Positions 27,111-37,837 are shown, counted from the stretch's first letter. The stretch: DNA of 64,000 nucleotides from Minisyncoccota bacterium (GCA_041661265.1 JBAZUT010000001.1:65854-129853), one strand, 5' to 3'. Translations and numbers: made by a program. The notes: generated by a model not told the origin, from the letters alone.

Positions 27111-27700
27111 TACCCGCGGCTAGGGATTTCTTCTGATGTCTCTCGCCAGACTTCAAACTCCTCAGTTGGCATCGTTTTGTAGCCATCCCAAGAAAAAATC
27201 TCGACAAGACCGGTTCCGCATCGCCGACCCGTTTCTGCAAACACATATCCTTTCGGATCTGTGAGCCGAACAACCAAATGTCCTGTGGGACAACAATGTA
27301 TATTGCCGTCCTTCTTAGACAAAATTTCGGCACCGATGGCTTCAACCCTGCTATAATTTCCACGGAATCCGCCACGCAGAGTTATGAGCATTAGCTTCTC
27401 GTCCTGTTTTTCCGAGCACGGAACAATAAGTAGTGTTCCTTTTTGTGTTTCGATCAACTTTGACGGCTGATCATCAACACTCACATTCGGACAGGAATAT
27501 CCGTCTGCCGATGGCTCTTTCCCCTTAAACTTTGGAACATAGCCGCTTGCGACTGGCTGAAATGCACTATAACGTGCTCCAGCTCCACGAAACGCCGGAA
27601 AAGGTTCAACTGACCAATTCCATGGCATAGGACGGAATGAGTTCGTCTTTTCTGAAGAATACAATATTTTTATCATTACTTTCTGCCTCCTAAATTTCAA
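27110..27700 (-). CDS. Hypothetical protein (island gene 1 of 3)
   Basis: ORF track; translationally coupled operon. Confidence 0.45.
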   Translation of the reverse strand: MKFRRQKVMIKILYSSEKTNSFRPMPWNWSVEPFPAFRGAGARYSAFQPVASGYVPKFKGKEPSADGYSCPNVSVDDQPSKLIETQKGTLLIVPCSEKQDEKLMLITLRGGFRGNYSRVEAIGAEILSKKDGNIHCCPTGHLVVRLTDPKGYVFAETGRRCGTGLVEIFSWDGYKTMPTEEFEVWRETSEEIPSRG

Positions 27701-27834
27701 TGTTCATCCTGAAACATTCTCAGGAACCCTTTTTAAAATTTTCATTTTAACAAAGAGTAACCTGTTTACCCGCCCCCAGCGGGATTGCAACCGTTTGTTT
27801 CAGGATAAACAAATTACTCTGTACTAAATAATTT

Positions 27835-27890
27835 TCTAAATTTACCTTTTTATGAAAGATAAGCTTGGAAAAAAATTGAAAAGGGGAAAA
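27835..27890 (-). promoter_or_regulatory. Copy 2 of the same motif, upstream of the three-gene island operon
   Basis: as above. Confidence 0.35.
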
Positions 27891-27896
27891 AGTTAC

Positions 27897-28412
27897 TTAT
27901 TCATCAATTGACTTAACTATTAATACAAAGCCAACGATAAATAATGCCAGTGTGAACCAGAATGCAAGCGCCCAGGCAAAGTTGTTTGGGAATCTGGAGA
28001 TTCCCGGAGGCACTGTCACAGCAGAACCCTGTTCGCCCTTGTTCGTTAAGGTTTCCCTTAACTTCATGAGCACGTTGCTCTTGTCGAGCTGTGAAGCATT
28101 TTCAGGAACTTTTTTGAGTTCCCAAAGAGATGCGTTCATGTTCTCATACCAGAACCCTACATCTTCATCCGGGGTTCTCAAAAAACTTATTATCGTGGTA
28201 TACCCATGCGTATACCCATTCACCCTCATGTTCTCAATCACGGTTTCCATTTCCTTCGTTGCGAGGTCAATGGTATTCGAATCAGCGGCTCTCTGCATAT
28301 GGCCGCCTATCTCCTGCTCAAACGTGATCTCGGCCTTATACAATAAAGTTCCAGCACATATTACAAACGTTAGGCATAATAATATGCCAAAAACAAATTT
28401 TAGTCCATTCAT
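27897..28412 (-). CDS. Hypothetical membrane protein (N- and C-terminal TM helices) preceded by an unusually long 5' leader
   Basis: ORF track. Confidence 0.4.
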   Translation of the reverse strand: MNGLKFVFGILLCLTFVICAGTLLYKAEITFEQEIGGHMQRAADSNTIDLATKEMETVIENMRVNGYTHGYTTIISFLRTPDEDVGFWYENMNASLWELKKVPENASQLDKSNVLMKLRETLTNKGEQGSAVTVPPGISRFPNNFAWALAFWFTLALFIVGFVLIVKSIDE

Positions 28413-28741
28413 ATCCTCACCTCTCCCTGTCTTGTTTTATTTTGCCTTACCGCGTATAGTCAAAAGACAAAAAACAGAGAATTTTATTTATGCGGTTAAA
28501 GCGTTTGCTGGATTGCTGGTCAACAAACACTTTGCCCGCATAAATATTATCGAGAACGTGAAGATTACCGATGAATCAGGAACATGATTTGATATTATTT
28601 TTCCCCTTTTTCAATGTGCATCGCCGCGACATAGCTTTACGCGACATCGGGCATGCTTCTCTTCGTATTTCTACGATTTGAAGACTTCTTGACCCGTGAA
28701 ACCTTTATCTCACCGGGTTAGGCCTCGAAATTTTTTCGAAG

Positions 28742-28790
28742 CTTTTCTAAGTTTACCTTAGCAAAAGATAAACTTGGAAAATCGGGGAAC
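28742..28790 (-). promoter_or_regulatory. Copy 3 of the same motif, about 330 nt upstream of gene 27897..28412
   Basis: as above. Confidence 0.35.
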
Positions 28791-29257
28791 GGATCGCTTC
28801 GTCATTCTTTCTCAGGGCAATGCCCTTCTTAATCAAAAAAGCGATCGAAAGAGAGATCCTTCCAATCGCTTTTTTAATCCATGCGATTAGTATGACATTA
28901 TTAAGTATATAGAAATATGTTAATGTTTGCTTTATTGATTATTAATCTATTACTAAGCAAGCATTCGGTTATATTCCTTTATACAACTCATTAATGACTC
29001 TCTCCTTTCATTAATCTGTATATTTAATGTTCATTTACTGTTATCTATTTTCTTATCTTGAAATTAAAGTATATCACATTTTTTGATATTTGTCAAGAGA
29101 AAGCTTAACAACAAATTAGGAAAATAGTCCTATCTCAATATACCCAAATCCACTGCCAATAAACGAGTTCCGGAACAATAAAAAAGGCTTTTAAAAAGTC
29201 TAAGGCAAACATTGACATCGGTTGTCCTAAAAAGCCAATAAGCTACAAACTGAAAAG

Positions 29258-30265
29258 CTATTTATTCAGTCCCGAATCTTTCTGCCCTGCAAATTCAGCA
29301 AGCCCCATCTTTTCCATGCGGGAGTTGAATTCCGGGATCACGAATCTTTCATGAGAATCCGGATGAAATTCGAGCTGATCATCGCCTATCGTTATCCGGC
29401 CTCCGGATTTTTTATACAACGGATCGCTCTTTATTCTTCTGCTTTGAAATTCGGAGAGTTTTTTCTCCAGCACATCCCCGATCACGTTCGACAGCATAAA
29501 ACCGGATACTGAAGAAATAAAAGAAAGCACAGCGCTTCTTTTTATGCTCCTCGAGCTCCCAAGCTCTGAACCCCTGCAATTTTCGACATAATTTCCCATC
29601 CATTCGTTTTCTATCTGAAACTCTTGAAAAAGCCTGAGGTCTTTCGGATGTTTGTATAAATTGACCAGATGTATATAGCTCTCGGCGTTATACAAGCTTT
29701 CAAAAGGTATCTTGAGAGATCTGTCGGTAATATAATGGTTAAGACAGATCATATCTTTCGTCACCTTGCCATGCCTTTTTGCAAAAAGAAGCGAAGTCAG
29801 AATGGTTATGAACGTCCTCACCGTCCATATCCTTCCGGACTTTGCCACAACGATAAGGTCTATGTCCGAGTCCCGCCTGCTGTTCCCGAGCGCAAGAGAC
29901 CCGCTTATGAAGATGCCTTTCAAAAATGGCGTGACTTGCATCAGCCAAAAGATCTTTCTGGCCTTCTTCCATTTTTGGTCCGCTATTTTTTTCCGCTCCA
30001 GCCTCCTGGCGACCATCTCATCCCGGCCTCTCTGGAAATAAAAACCGTATTTCACACCGATCCTGCTTCTCAACATCTCGCCCTCTTCCAGACACTCCAA
30101 AACATCCCCTGACGCTCCTTCGCTCTTGCTGTTTTCGTTCCCGCCTCTTCTAATCAGATATGAAAAAATCTCATTCGAAGTCAGAGGATAATCAAATATG
30201 TCATAGTATGCGATCGTGGCAAGGATCTGCCTTTGAAGCTCTTGACTTTTTTTTGATTCTAGCAT
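29258..30265 (-). CDS. Nucleotidyltransferase-domain protein (Pol-beta superfamily; GSLALGNSRRDSDIDLIVV), start taken at internal Met MLESKK
   Basis: GS-x9-DxD NTase signature; ORF track 29258..30364. Confidence 0.55.
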   Translation of the reverse strand: MLESKKSQELQRQILATIAYYDIFDYPLTSNEIFSYLIRRGGNENSKSEGASGDVLECLEEGEMLRSRIGVKYGFYFQRGRDEMVARRLERKKIADQKWKKARKIFWLMQVTPFLKGIFISGSLALGNSRRDSDIDLIVVAKSGRIWTVRTFITILTSLLFAKRHGKVTKDMICLNHYITDRSLKIPFESLYNAESYIHLVNLYKHPKDLRLFQEFQIENEWMGNYVENCRGSELGSSRSIKRSAVLSFISSVSGFMLSNVIGDVLEKKLSEFQSRRIKSDPLYKKSGGRITIGDDQLEFHPDSHERFVIPEFNSRMEKMGLAEFAGQKDSGLNK

Positions 30266-30276
30266 ATAATATTTTG

Positions 30277-30310
30277 TTAGCTTTCTTAATATAATAATAC
30301 CACAAGAAAG
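30277..30310 (-). promoter_or_regulatory. Palindromic element agctttctt-N16-aagaaagct enclosing an extended -10 (TGGTATTAT) just upstream of the NTase gene
   Basis: Second copy at 31668..31701 upstream of gene 31009..31551. Confidence 0.4.
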
Positions 30311-30353
30311 CTGCAGAAACAGCCCTTTAATAACAAATTTCGAAGCAGATAGT

Positions 30354-30845
30354 TTGATTGTCAATTTTTGGCAATCATTTTACCCTGTTTCTAAAGGCAA
30401 ATGGACAAAGGAACCGTTCCAATGGAGGAATATTATGGATGATATGGATGATGTAGGTGAATCAATAATTTTTACTGCATGTGTAGGGATATTAAGCTTT
30501 ATCGTAAGCCTAAGAATCTTTCACAAGGAAGGAGTACTTTCTTATGGAGCTATTGACGGTGCTTTAATTGTAGCGCTTCTAATAGGAATTTTCGTGGCCC
30601 TTTTTAAAAATTACGCGGTCTTCATAGGAATTAAGGAATTGAAAATAAATCCAAAGAAAAAAGTATTTACTATTGGAACGCTAGTAATCACGATGATTGC
30701 AGCGACTGCCGCTGTGTTCATTGCCCCGAAAGGCTGGTGGCCAATCTATATAGCGTACTTCTTCTTGTTAGCTATTGTTTTTTGCCTAATAAGAGGAGCA
30801 TGCCTTATGAAAGAAGAGAGATCCAATTCCCTCCCCGAAACTTAA
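30354..30845 (+). CDS. Hypothetical membrane protein (4 TM); true start probably an internal Met
   Basis: ORF track. Confidence 0.35.
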   Translation: MIVNFWQSFYPVSKGKWTKEPFQWRNIMDDMDDVGESIIFTACVGILSFIVSLRIFHKEGVLSYGAIDGALIVALLIGIFVALFKNYAVFIGIKELKINPKKKVFTIGTLVITMIAATAAVFIAPKGWWPIYIAYFFLLAIVFCLIRGACLMKEERSNSLPET

Positions 30846-31008
30846 GAAATCTTAACTTTTCTTATTTTCTGGAGAGGATTTTTTTATTGCCCGAAAATAG
30901 AGATTTTTTCGCAGCTTCATACCTTTTCAATGACAAAATTAGCATCTAATCGCCAAGCTCTCGGGAAATTAACCCACAAAAACAATACTTCATCACTTCT
31001 TCCGGATA

Positions 31009-31551
31009 TTATCCTGCATAGTCTTTTATTGCTTTCGGCGACTTATCTATTTTTTCCTTCTCCAGGTTCAAACCTTCGACCTCTATGATATTTTCACTAT
31101 CGGCTCCTTTTATTTTTACATATATTTTATTTTCACCGGGCCTATAAAGAACGTCATACCGGCCACCGCCGGTTTCAACTTTTACATCTTCCGCATCAAC
31201 AATGATGTCTCCTTCATTTTTCAGCATTTCTATTATATCCTGCACCATATTGCTTACTTCATTTCCTATCTTTTTCCCCACATAGCTTCCTTTTGGCAGA
31301 TCTTTCAAGCTTTCCCTCTGCCGCACTGTCAGCCCGGAATTTTCAACATGAAACAGAACGGAAACATCGCCTTGCCGCATTAAAAGCGCAGAGCACAAAG
31401 CGCATCCTGTTGTCGCGATGGGAGTTTCATCCCTGGATACAGCCGGTCTATTTCCCTGAAACGTTGTAATACATAATTCCTCCGGATCTTCAAACTCAGG
31501 AATTATCAATTCTTTTTTCTCTATTCCAAAATTTTGATTCTCTTTAAACAT
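31009..31551 (-). CDS. Hypothetical protein
   Basis: ORF track. Confidence 0.4.
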   Translation of the reverse strand: MFKENQNFGIEKKELIIPEFEDPEELCITTFQGNRPAVSRDETPIATTGCALCSALLMRQGDVSVLFHVENSGLTVRQRESLKDLPKGSYVGKKIGNEVSNMVQDIIEMLKNEGDIIVDAEDVKVETGGGRYDVLYRPGENKIYVKIKGADSENIIEVEGLNLEKEKIDKSPKAIKDYAG

Positions 31552-31667
31552 ATTTTTATTGAATTACCTATCACCCCAACTCGCATGCAGACAATGTCCA
31601 GTAGCAAGGAATCTGCACTTCAGGCTCTTAACTTTTTCGTAAATTTGGCATACAGTCTTTGGTTAGC

Positions 31668-31701
31668 TTTCTTAATGTAATAATACCATAAGATAGCTAA
31701 T
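31668..31701 (-). promoter_or_regulatory. Second copy of the palindromic extended -10 element
   Basis: ttagctttcttaatgtaataataccataagatagct. Confidence 0.4.
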
Positions 31702-31830
31702 AATAAAGTTCTTTTTAAATAAAATAGGAAGAGATCCCCGGAGATGGATAAATTGGGCGATAGCTTTTAGCGTCCAGTTTATCCATCTCCAGAATGATGG
31801 TGAGTATATAAAAAAACCAGAGGTATATAT

Positions 31831-32226
31831 ATGACTAAGGATATAATAGAGAGAGTAGAAGAATTGATTGAAAAAGAAATGAAAAAAAGAAAAACTATGG
31901 AAGAATCCAGATCAAAGATCCGCATCCTCTTTGAAAAACTGCCCGACAACGAAAACATAGTCCTGAAGGCCAAATCCGCAAAAAGAGTGATCTTGCTGAT
32001 AAAAAGGGCTGATGGGAAGCTTGAATTGATCGACACTACCATGTGGCTGGACCAAGACATTCCCGCACCGACATTCCAAAGGGACATCGAAGAAATCATG
32101 AAACATCTTGGAGAGAACATTGTCAGCATCAATGAATTTATGAGCCAGGATTCAGGTACGCTCGGCCTAAGCCTTCATTGGCCTGTTTTCGGTTCTGTGG
32201 ATAATTTCACAGAACTTCTGAAATGA
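31831..32226 (+). CDS. Hypothetical protein
   Basis: ORF track; RBS-like aggtatatatATG. Confidence 0.4.
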   Translation: MTKDIIERVEELIEKEMKKRKTMEESRSKIRILFEKLPDNENIVLKAKSAKRVILLIKRADGKLELIDTTMWLDQDIPAPTFQRDIEEIMKHLGENIVSINEFMSQDSGTLGLSLHWPVFGSVDNFTELLK

Positions 32227-32302
32227 TCGCTATTGTTTTTTTATTCCTATTTTTCCTTTTTTCAAACTTACCGATACCGGCAGGCTTGAAAAAGGAAGCA
32301 TA

Positions 32303-32334
32303 CAAAAAAGTTCCATGGTCATGGAACTTTTTTA
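32303..32334. terminator. Bidirectional terminator (agttccatg-gtc-catggaact with A-run before and T-run after) between convergent 31831..32226 and uvrA
   Basis: Direct read. Confidence 0.6.
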
Positions 32335-32341
32335 ATTTGAC

Positions 32342-35176
32342 CTACATCACTTCGTGCAAATATTTTCCGGTGTAACTGTTCTTTGCTTTCAGTATCTGTT
32401 TCGGAGTCCCCTGGGCAACTATGTATCCACCCTTGTCTCCGCCCTCGGGACCAAGGTCAATGACCCAGTCGGCGCACTTTATGACTTCCATATTATGTTC
32501 GATCACCAGAACTGTGTTTCCCCTGTCTACAAGCCTGTTCAGAACTCCAAGCAACTTTCTTGTATCTTCGAAGTGCAATCCCACGGTCGGCTCATCGAGA
32601 ATATAAAGAGTCTTCCCCTCTTTTGCGGGACGGGAAAGCTCGGTTGCCAGCTTTATCCTCTGCGCCTCGCCTCCGGAAAGGGTAGTCGCGCTCTGACCCA
32701 GTCTCATATATCCCAAACCGACGCTATCGAGAATCGACAGCTTTGTGAAAAGTGCCGGCGTATCCTTGAAGAATTTCAGGGCATGGCTTACGGTCATGTC
32801 GAGAACATCGGCGATGTTCACGCCTTTATATTCTATTTCCAAAGTTTCGCTATTATATCTTTTTCCGTTGCATTGTTCGCACTTGGTATAAACATCCGGC
32901 AGGAAATACATCTCGATCTTTGTGGCTCCGTCTCCCTTGCAGTTCTCGCACCTCCCGCCCTTCACATTGAAACTGAAATGCCCTGCCTTATAGTTCCTGG
33001 ATTTCCCCTCGCCGGTGGATGCGAAAAGATCCCTCACATGCGTGAATATCCCGGTATATGTCGCCGGATTGCTCCTCGGAGTGCGCCCGATCGGAGACTG
33101 GTCGATGTTTATCACCTTTGAAAGCTTTTCATATCCCAATATCTCTTTGTGTATTCCAGGCTCAGCCTGAGCTCTGTGGAATTTTTTCGAAAGCGCCTTG
33201 GAAAGGATCCCGATGATGAGGCTTGATTTTCCGGAACCGGAAACCCCCGTCACGCATACGAATTTTCCAAGAGGGATCTTTGCATCGACATTTTTCAAGT
33301 TGTGATCCGTCGCGCCTTTTATGGTGATGAAATGTCCGCTTCCGTTCCTGTATTTTTTCGGCGCTTCGATCTTCCTCCGCCCCGAAAGATAACAGCCCGT
33401 GATGCATTGTTCGCCCATTATATGCTTCAGCGAACCTTCTGCGATTATCCTTCCGCCCGCTTCGCCCGACTTGGGCCCCATGTCTATTATATGATCTGCA
33501 TTTCTTATGAAAAATTCATCGTGTTCGACGACCAGCACCGAATTCCCGAGGTCCCGGAGGTTCTTCATAGCGTCAAGAAGTTTCCCGTTGTCCCTCCTGT
33601 GAAGTCCGATCGACGGCTCATCCAGGACATATAGGATCCCCTGCAGTCTTGCGCTGAGCTGGGTGGACAGCTTGATCCTTCTTGCCTCTCCGGACGAAAT
33701 GGTCTCGGAAGATCTCATGAGCGAAAGATAATTCAGTCCGATATCGTCCAAAAAATATAATCGCTTGAGGATCTCCTCGATCAGCGGTTTTGATCCTGAA
33801 AATTTCCTGTCATGCGCCAGCGCTTTGAAAAATCCGATCTCTTCAAGCACGGTCAGCTTGGTTATTTCGCTTATGGATTTGCCGCAGATCCTGACAGCAA
33901 GCGCATTCCTGTTGAGCCTGTCTCCGAGACATTCCGGGCAGATCTTCTTTGTCATATATTTTTCAAGCTCGCTTCTGACATAGTCCGAGTTCGTTTCATA
34001 ATATTTTCCTTCAAGTATCTTCACTGCGCCCCGGAAGCTTTCATGGCCCGCGGAAACTTCCGCCCCCCTCTTCCCTTCTTCCGCTTCTTTGTCTCCGTAT
34101 AAAACGAAATCAAGGTCTTTTTTGGACATTCTGCTCACCGGTATATCGATGGGTATCTTATGCTTTTTTGAAATGTGATCCAGGGTATTGATATATTCTT
34201 CCCACTTATTGAGAAGATTCGCCCAGGGCCTGATCGCGCCCTCAGCCAGGGTCAGGGATTTGTTCGGAATTATCATTTTTGCGTCTATTTCCAGTTTGAC
34301 ACCCAGTCCCGTGCAAGACGGACATGCGCCATAGGGGTTATTGAAAGAGAACAGCCTGGGCTCAATATCCGGAAATGTCGTCCTGCAGTTCGAACAATAC
34401 AGATGGTCTGAAAAGAACAATTCCCTGCTCTCTTCTTTTTTCAAAGAGAAATAATTCACGATCACAAATCCTCCCGACATCGAAAAAGCCGTCTCAACCG
34501 AATCCAGGATGCTTTCATATGCAACTTTCTTTTCCTGCTTGTTGAATCTGTCGATGACCATATCAACCCCATGCTTGTCTTTTTCGCCCAATCCGGCCTT
34601 GTCGATCTCCGACATCTGCTTTATCTCTCCGTCAAATCTGACCCTCTGATAACCTGTTTTGGAATATTTATTGATCGCCCTTATGCAGCCGTCCTTATCC
34701 AGGTTTCCAAGCGGCGCCATAATTATGACCCGCGCATCGTCCGCAAGACCCACGATTTCGTTCACGATCTGGCCGGAGGTCTGTTTTTTCAGCTCGCCTT
34801 TGCAGCTCGAACAATGGACCTCGCCCACCGTCGAGAACATTATCCTCATGTAGTCATAGATCTCCGTCATGGTTCCAACTGTCGAACGGGGATTTCTGCT
34901 CGCGCTTCTTTCATCGATCGAGATCGAAGGAGAAAGACCCTCGATCTGATCCACATCGGGCTTATTCAGAAGATTTACGAACTGCTTCGGATAGTCCGAA
35001 ATATTTTCAAGATATCTTCTCTGGCCTTCGGCATAGATCGTATCGAATACCAATGACGACTTTCCGGAACCGGACGGACCGGTCACCACCACCAGCTTTC
35101 CTCTCGGAATATCCACGCTGATGTTTTTCAGATTGTGCACCCTCGCTCCCTTGATCGATATTTTTGCTTTGTTCAT
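32342..35176 (-). CDS. uvrA: Excinuclease ABC subunit A
   Basis: Two ABC ATPase modules, zinc fingers, end-to-end UvrA similarity. Confidence 0.95.
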   Translation of the reverse strand: MNKAKISIKGARVHNLKNISVDIPRGKLVVVTGPSGSGKSSLVFDTIYAEGQRRYLENISDYPKQFVNLLNKPDVDQIEGLSPSISIDERSASRNPRSTVGTMTEIYDYMRIMFSTVGEVHCSSCKGELKKQTSGQIVNEIVGLADDARVIIMAPLGNLDKDGCIRAINKYSKTGYQRVRFDGEIKQMSEIDKAGLGEKDKHGVDMVIDRFNKQEKKVAYESILDSVETAFSMSGGFVIVNYFSLKKEESRELFFSDHLYCSNCRTTFPDIEPRLFSFNNPYGACPSCTGLGVKLEIDAKMIIPNKSLTLAEGAIRPWANLLNKWEEYINTLDHISKKHKIPIDIPVSRMSKKDLDFVLYGDKEAEEGKRGAEVSAGHESFRGAVKILEGKYYETNSDYVRSELEKYMTKKICPECLGDRLNRNALAVRICGKSISEITKLTVLEEIGFFKALAHDRKFSGSKPLIEEILKRLYFLDDIGLNYLSLMRSSETISSGEARRIKLSTQLSARLQGILYVLDEPSIGLHRRDNGKLLDAMKNLRDLGNSVLVVEHDEFFIRNADHIIDMGPKSGEAGGRIIAEGSLKHIMGEQCITGCYLSGRRKIEAPKKYRNGSGHFITIKGATDHNLKNVDAKIPLGKFVCVTGVSGSGKSSLIIGILSKALSKKFHRAQAEPGIHKEILGYEKLSKVINIDQSPIGRTPRSNPATYTGIFTHVRDLFASTGEGKSRNYKAGHFSFNVKGGRCENCKGDGATKIEMYFLPDVYTKCEQCNGKRYNSETLEIEYKGVNIADVLDMTVSHALKFFKDTPALFTKLSILDSVGLGYMRLGQSATTLSGGEAQRIKLATELSRPAKEGKTLYILDEPTVGLHFEDTRKLLGVLNRLVDRGNTVLVIEHNMEVIKCADWVIDLGPEGGDKGGYIVAQGTPKQILKAKNSYTGKYLHEVM

Positions 35177-35503
35177 AGATTGGATTTTTAGGATGAATTC
35201 ATAAGGCGCTTTTTTGCCTTAAATAAGCCCTTATTTTTCTTATTAAAATCGAATGAATATAACATCTAGAAGTCTATCACACTTTTGGAAAAAATCAAGG
35301 GTCTTTTGGGGGATGTTGAAAATCAAATGGATGCGATCAAATAAGCCATTCTCAAATAAAAAAAGTCGGCATCACTCAAACCGCTTTTTTCTTTCTATTT
35401 CCCAAGCGCTTCAATGCCCAAAAATATTATGACACTCTATAATAAATAAGTATGCAAATTTAAGCTATTTAACAATATTTACAAAATATACCTAAAATAT
35501 AAA

Positions 35504-35857
35504 TTATCTATTTATAATCCTCCTGTGAGCTTTTTTGGAAGAAAACAACAAAAGTAAATCCTCATATACTCGACTTGCCGAAACTTCATTATTTTTCGAG
35601 TAATTACATACAAATATACCAGCCGAAACATAATGATCTTCGGGCCAAGTATGTACAGCTACGTGAGATTCACTGATTGCAGTAATCATTGTAAAGTTAA
35701 TTTTATCAAAAAAATGATACAGGCTCCCTACTTCTGTCAGTCCACTATCCTTAATCATAGAAGAAAATAATTGTTTTATTTTTTTTGAAAGCCTTGATAT
35801 CTTATCGAAATCGCATTCATAAAAATCAGCTAAAATATGTATTCCTCTATTATTCAT
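35504..35857 (-). CDS. speH: S-adenosylmethionine decarboxylase proenzyme (SpeH/SpeD class 1)
   Basis: ESHVAVHTWPE motif; start at internal Met of ORF 35504..35908. Confidence 0.65.
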   Translation of the reverse strand: MNNRGIHILADFYECDFDKISRLSKKIKQLFSSMIKDSGLTEVGSLYHFFDKINFTMITAISESHVAVHTWPEDHYVSAGIFVCNYSKNNEVSASRVYEDLLLLFSSKKAHRRIINR

Positions 35858-35965
35858 AAAATTCAGAAAATATAAATTAACACATAGCAGAGCAAACAAA
35901 ATAATCAAAAATAAATTGGGGCTGATTGTATAATTGTTTGTATACAGATGCAGCCCAACGATCTC

Positions 35966-36487
35966 TCAGAAAACACCGCTTTCTTCTTTTAAATATTTAA
36001 GAAGTTCCTTTTTGTGGTTGAGAAGTATGTACAATTGAGGAGGATAGAAATCCTTGAACTTTTTCCTTATCTCCCAGAGCGACAATGGTTTTTTGAAAAG
36101 GTGCACAACTTCAACAGGATACGCTGAAGCCGTTTTGGAGTTATTCAACCATTCTCTCATCATAGATTCGGAGCCAGGATCTTCACTTTCCTTAATTGCA
36201 ATAACTTCTTCTATGCCTATAATTGGCGAGCCAAGCCTAATAACAGCTCCAATTTCCGCACTCGGAAACCCTATGTTTTCCTTACCCTTTCCAGTTGTTG
36301 CGTAAACAAACGCAGTAGCAGACCCGTTAAAGAACGGGCCTCGCCTGTACTCGTATTTTTTTGTTTTAGCGATGGCAAGGTCATAATAGTATTTAGGGGA
36401 TATACTAACCAAAATATAATCTTCCGGCCACTGGCTGCTTTCATCTGTACTTGCGTCAAATAACGTAGTTTGCCTTATATTTTTCAT
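35966..36487 (-). CDS. ASCH/PUA-like domain protein
   Basis: KTKKYEYRRG motif (GxKxxExR-type); tentative. Confidence 0.4.
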   Translation of the reverse strand: MKNIRQTTLFDASTDESSQWPEDYILVSISPKYYYDLAIAKTKKYEYRRGPFFNGSATAFVYATTGKGKENIGFPSAEIGAVIRLGSPIIGIEEVIAIKESEDPGSESMMREWLNNSKTASAYPVEVVHLFKKPLSLWEIRKKFKDFYPPQLYILLNHKKELLKYLKEESGVF

Positions 36488-36509
36488 ATTTCCTCCTGTG
36501 AAATAATAA

Positions 36510-37824
36510 TTACCCCATAATCTTTGCCGCTTTCAACTTATTCTCCAGCAACAAGGAAAAGTAGAGAATTGAGTAAGAATCGCGATCCATATACGCCGGA
36601 TCTTTGGACCATTCGCGTATATGATTCCACAATCTTTCCAATCCTTCTTTTCCATAGACTAACATAAAATCATCAAAATCAGCAAACCCTCGGGGTATAT
36701 GCTTATAAAGATCTCCGACATAAAGCGATTTTGACAATTTTGCTCCAAGCAAATCCGTTACCACGGGAGTATATATTCTCGCCATCTGCCTCTATTAACT
36801 TGAAATACCTTTCCATTCCATAAACGCTAACGCCCATTTTCTTTTTGATCAAATATTCTGAATTAACGAAATTTAATTCGTCTTTTAGGAAACTGGCAAA
36901 GGCTTTGGATATGCCATCCTTGCTGATAAATATTTTTCTTTGAGTATAATGTTTACGCAATTCTTTGACGGTTTTCCGGCATTACTTCTTATATTGTTAA
37001 ATTTATCATAAAGCTCGTCCATTGTCGCTGGAGATATTTTTTCAACTTTCTGCAAAAAACTCCACTGATCTTTGAATGGTTCGAAGCTGTTGACGGGATC
37101 AAGAAAAACAGTATTCCCCGACTTTCTAGCGTTTCCCTGGAACGGCAAAGCGATAAGATTTCCGAAACCTGCGCCTCCAAGATAATCTTGATTAGGGAAA
37201 AGCCTGTCGAAACTTTCCTCTTTTTCGAATTGACCGATAATTCCGGCTTCTTTCAAAATATTAAGAGCAACATTTCTGCTTTTATGCGCAGGATATCTGT
37301 CAGAAAAAAACATCCAGACATGGCCGCCATTTCCCGATTTTGACCTTTCCAGATGTGCGGATAGCCCGTTATCATTGCATTTTTTCATGAATTCTTTCGA
37401 GTTTTTCAGCCAATTCTTCCCATCGAAATCCGCAGCAATAAATAGAGATGAATTGTCGTCTAACAAAGGATATATTCCATAGATCTCATTTCCCCTCAAA
37501 TGCTGTTCGATGTGATAGTCATTGAATTCCGCGTATTTTTTGTGCTTGCAATCCTTGCATTTTCCCTTTTGAAGCTTGATACAGACGCCCGCCTTCCATT
37601 CATTCACGCAAACTGGTGCATAGCCTTTTTTTGGTCTTATCTTTATTCTCCCAATAAACAGCAAAAACATCTTTTCTTCCGATAAAAATGTTTTTGTAGA
37701 TATTGATCTTTTCTTGCGGCGTCAGGTTTTCTGTCATAATTTCTCTATTATTTCCTCTTTTTATTCTCCCCATCATATTGATTCGCATATCCAAGAAGCG
37801 AAATGACATTTTGCCACATGGCAT
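36510..37824 (-). pseudogene. Primase-polymerase (archaeo-eukaryotic primase, PrimPol) gene broken into four overlapping reading frames by about 3 frameshifts
   Basis: Fragments 37824-37600, 37670-36885, 36960-36703, 36785-36510 on one strand; PrimPol motifs FIGRKDVFAVYWE, IAADFDG (DxD), SKSGNGGHVWMFF, CKDCKHKKY zinc finger. Confidence 0.5.
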
Positions 37825-37826
37825 AA
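37799..37826 (-). promoter_or_regulatory. 29-bp repeat cgaaatgacattttgccacatggcataaa with inverted repeat TTGCCA-ca-TGGCAT, about 60 nt upstream of the PrimPol start; identical copy upstream of recQ
   Basis: Exact duplicate at about 41068..41096. Confidence 0.5.
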
Positions 37827-37837
37827 ATTTTTATTTC

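Noticed and set aside
25846-27700. Interpretation of the three island genes as prophage structural genes or a known defence system
   Set aside because: No recognisable capsid, portal, terminase, integrase, nuclease, ATPase or methyltransferase motifs; left as unknown-function cargo rather than assigned a name.
37799-37826. Sigma54 promoter (TGGCA-N..-TTGC) reading of the tgccacatggca repeat
   Set aside because: Spacing and the -12 element do not fit the GG-N10-GC consensus; a palindromic operator is the simpler reading.
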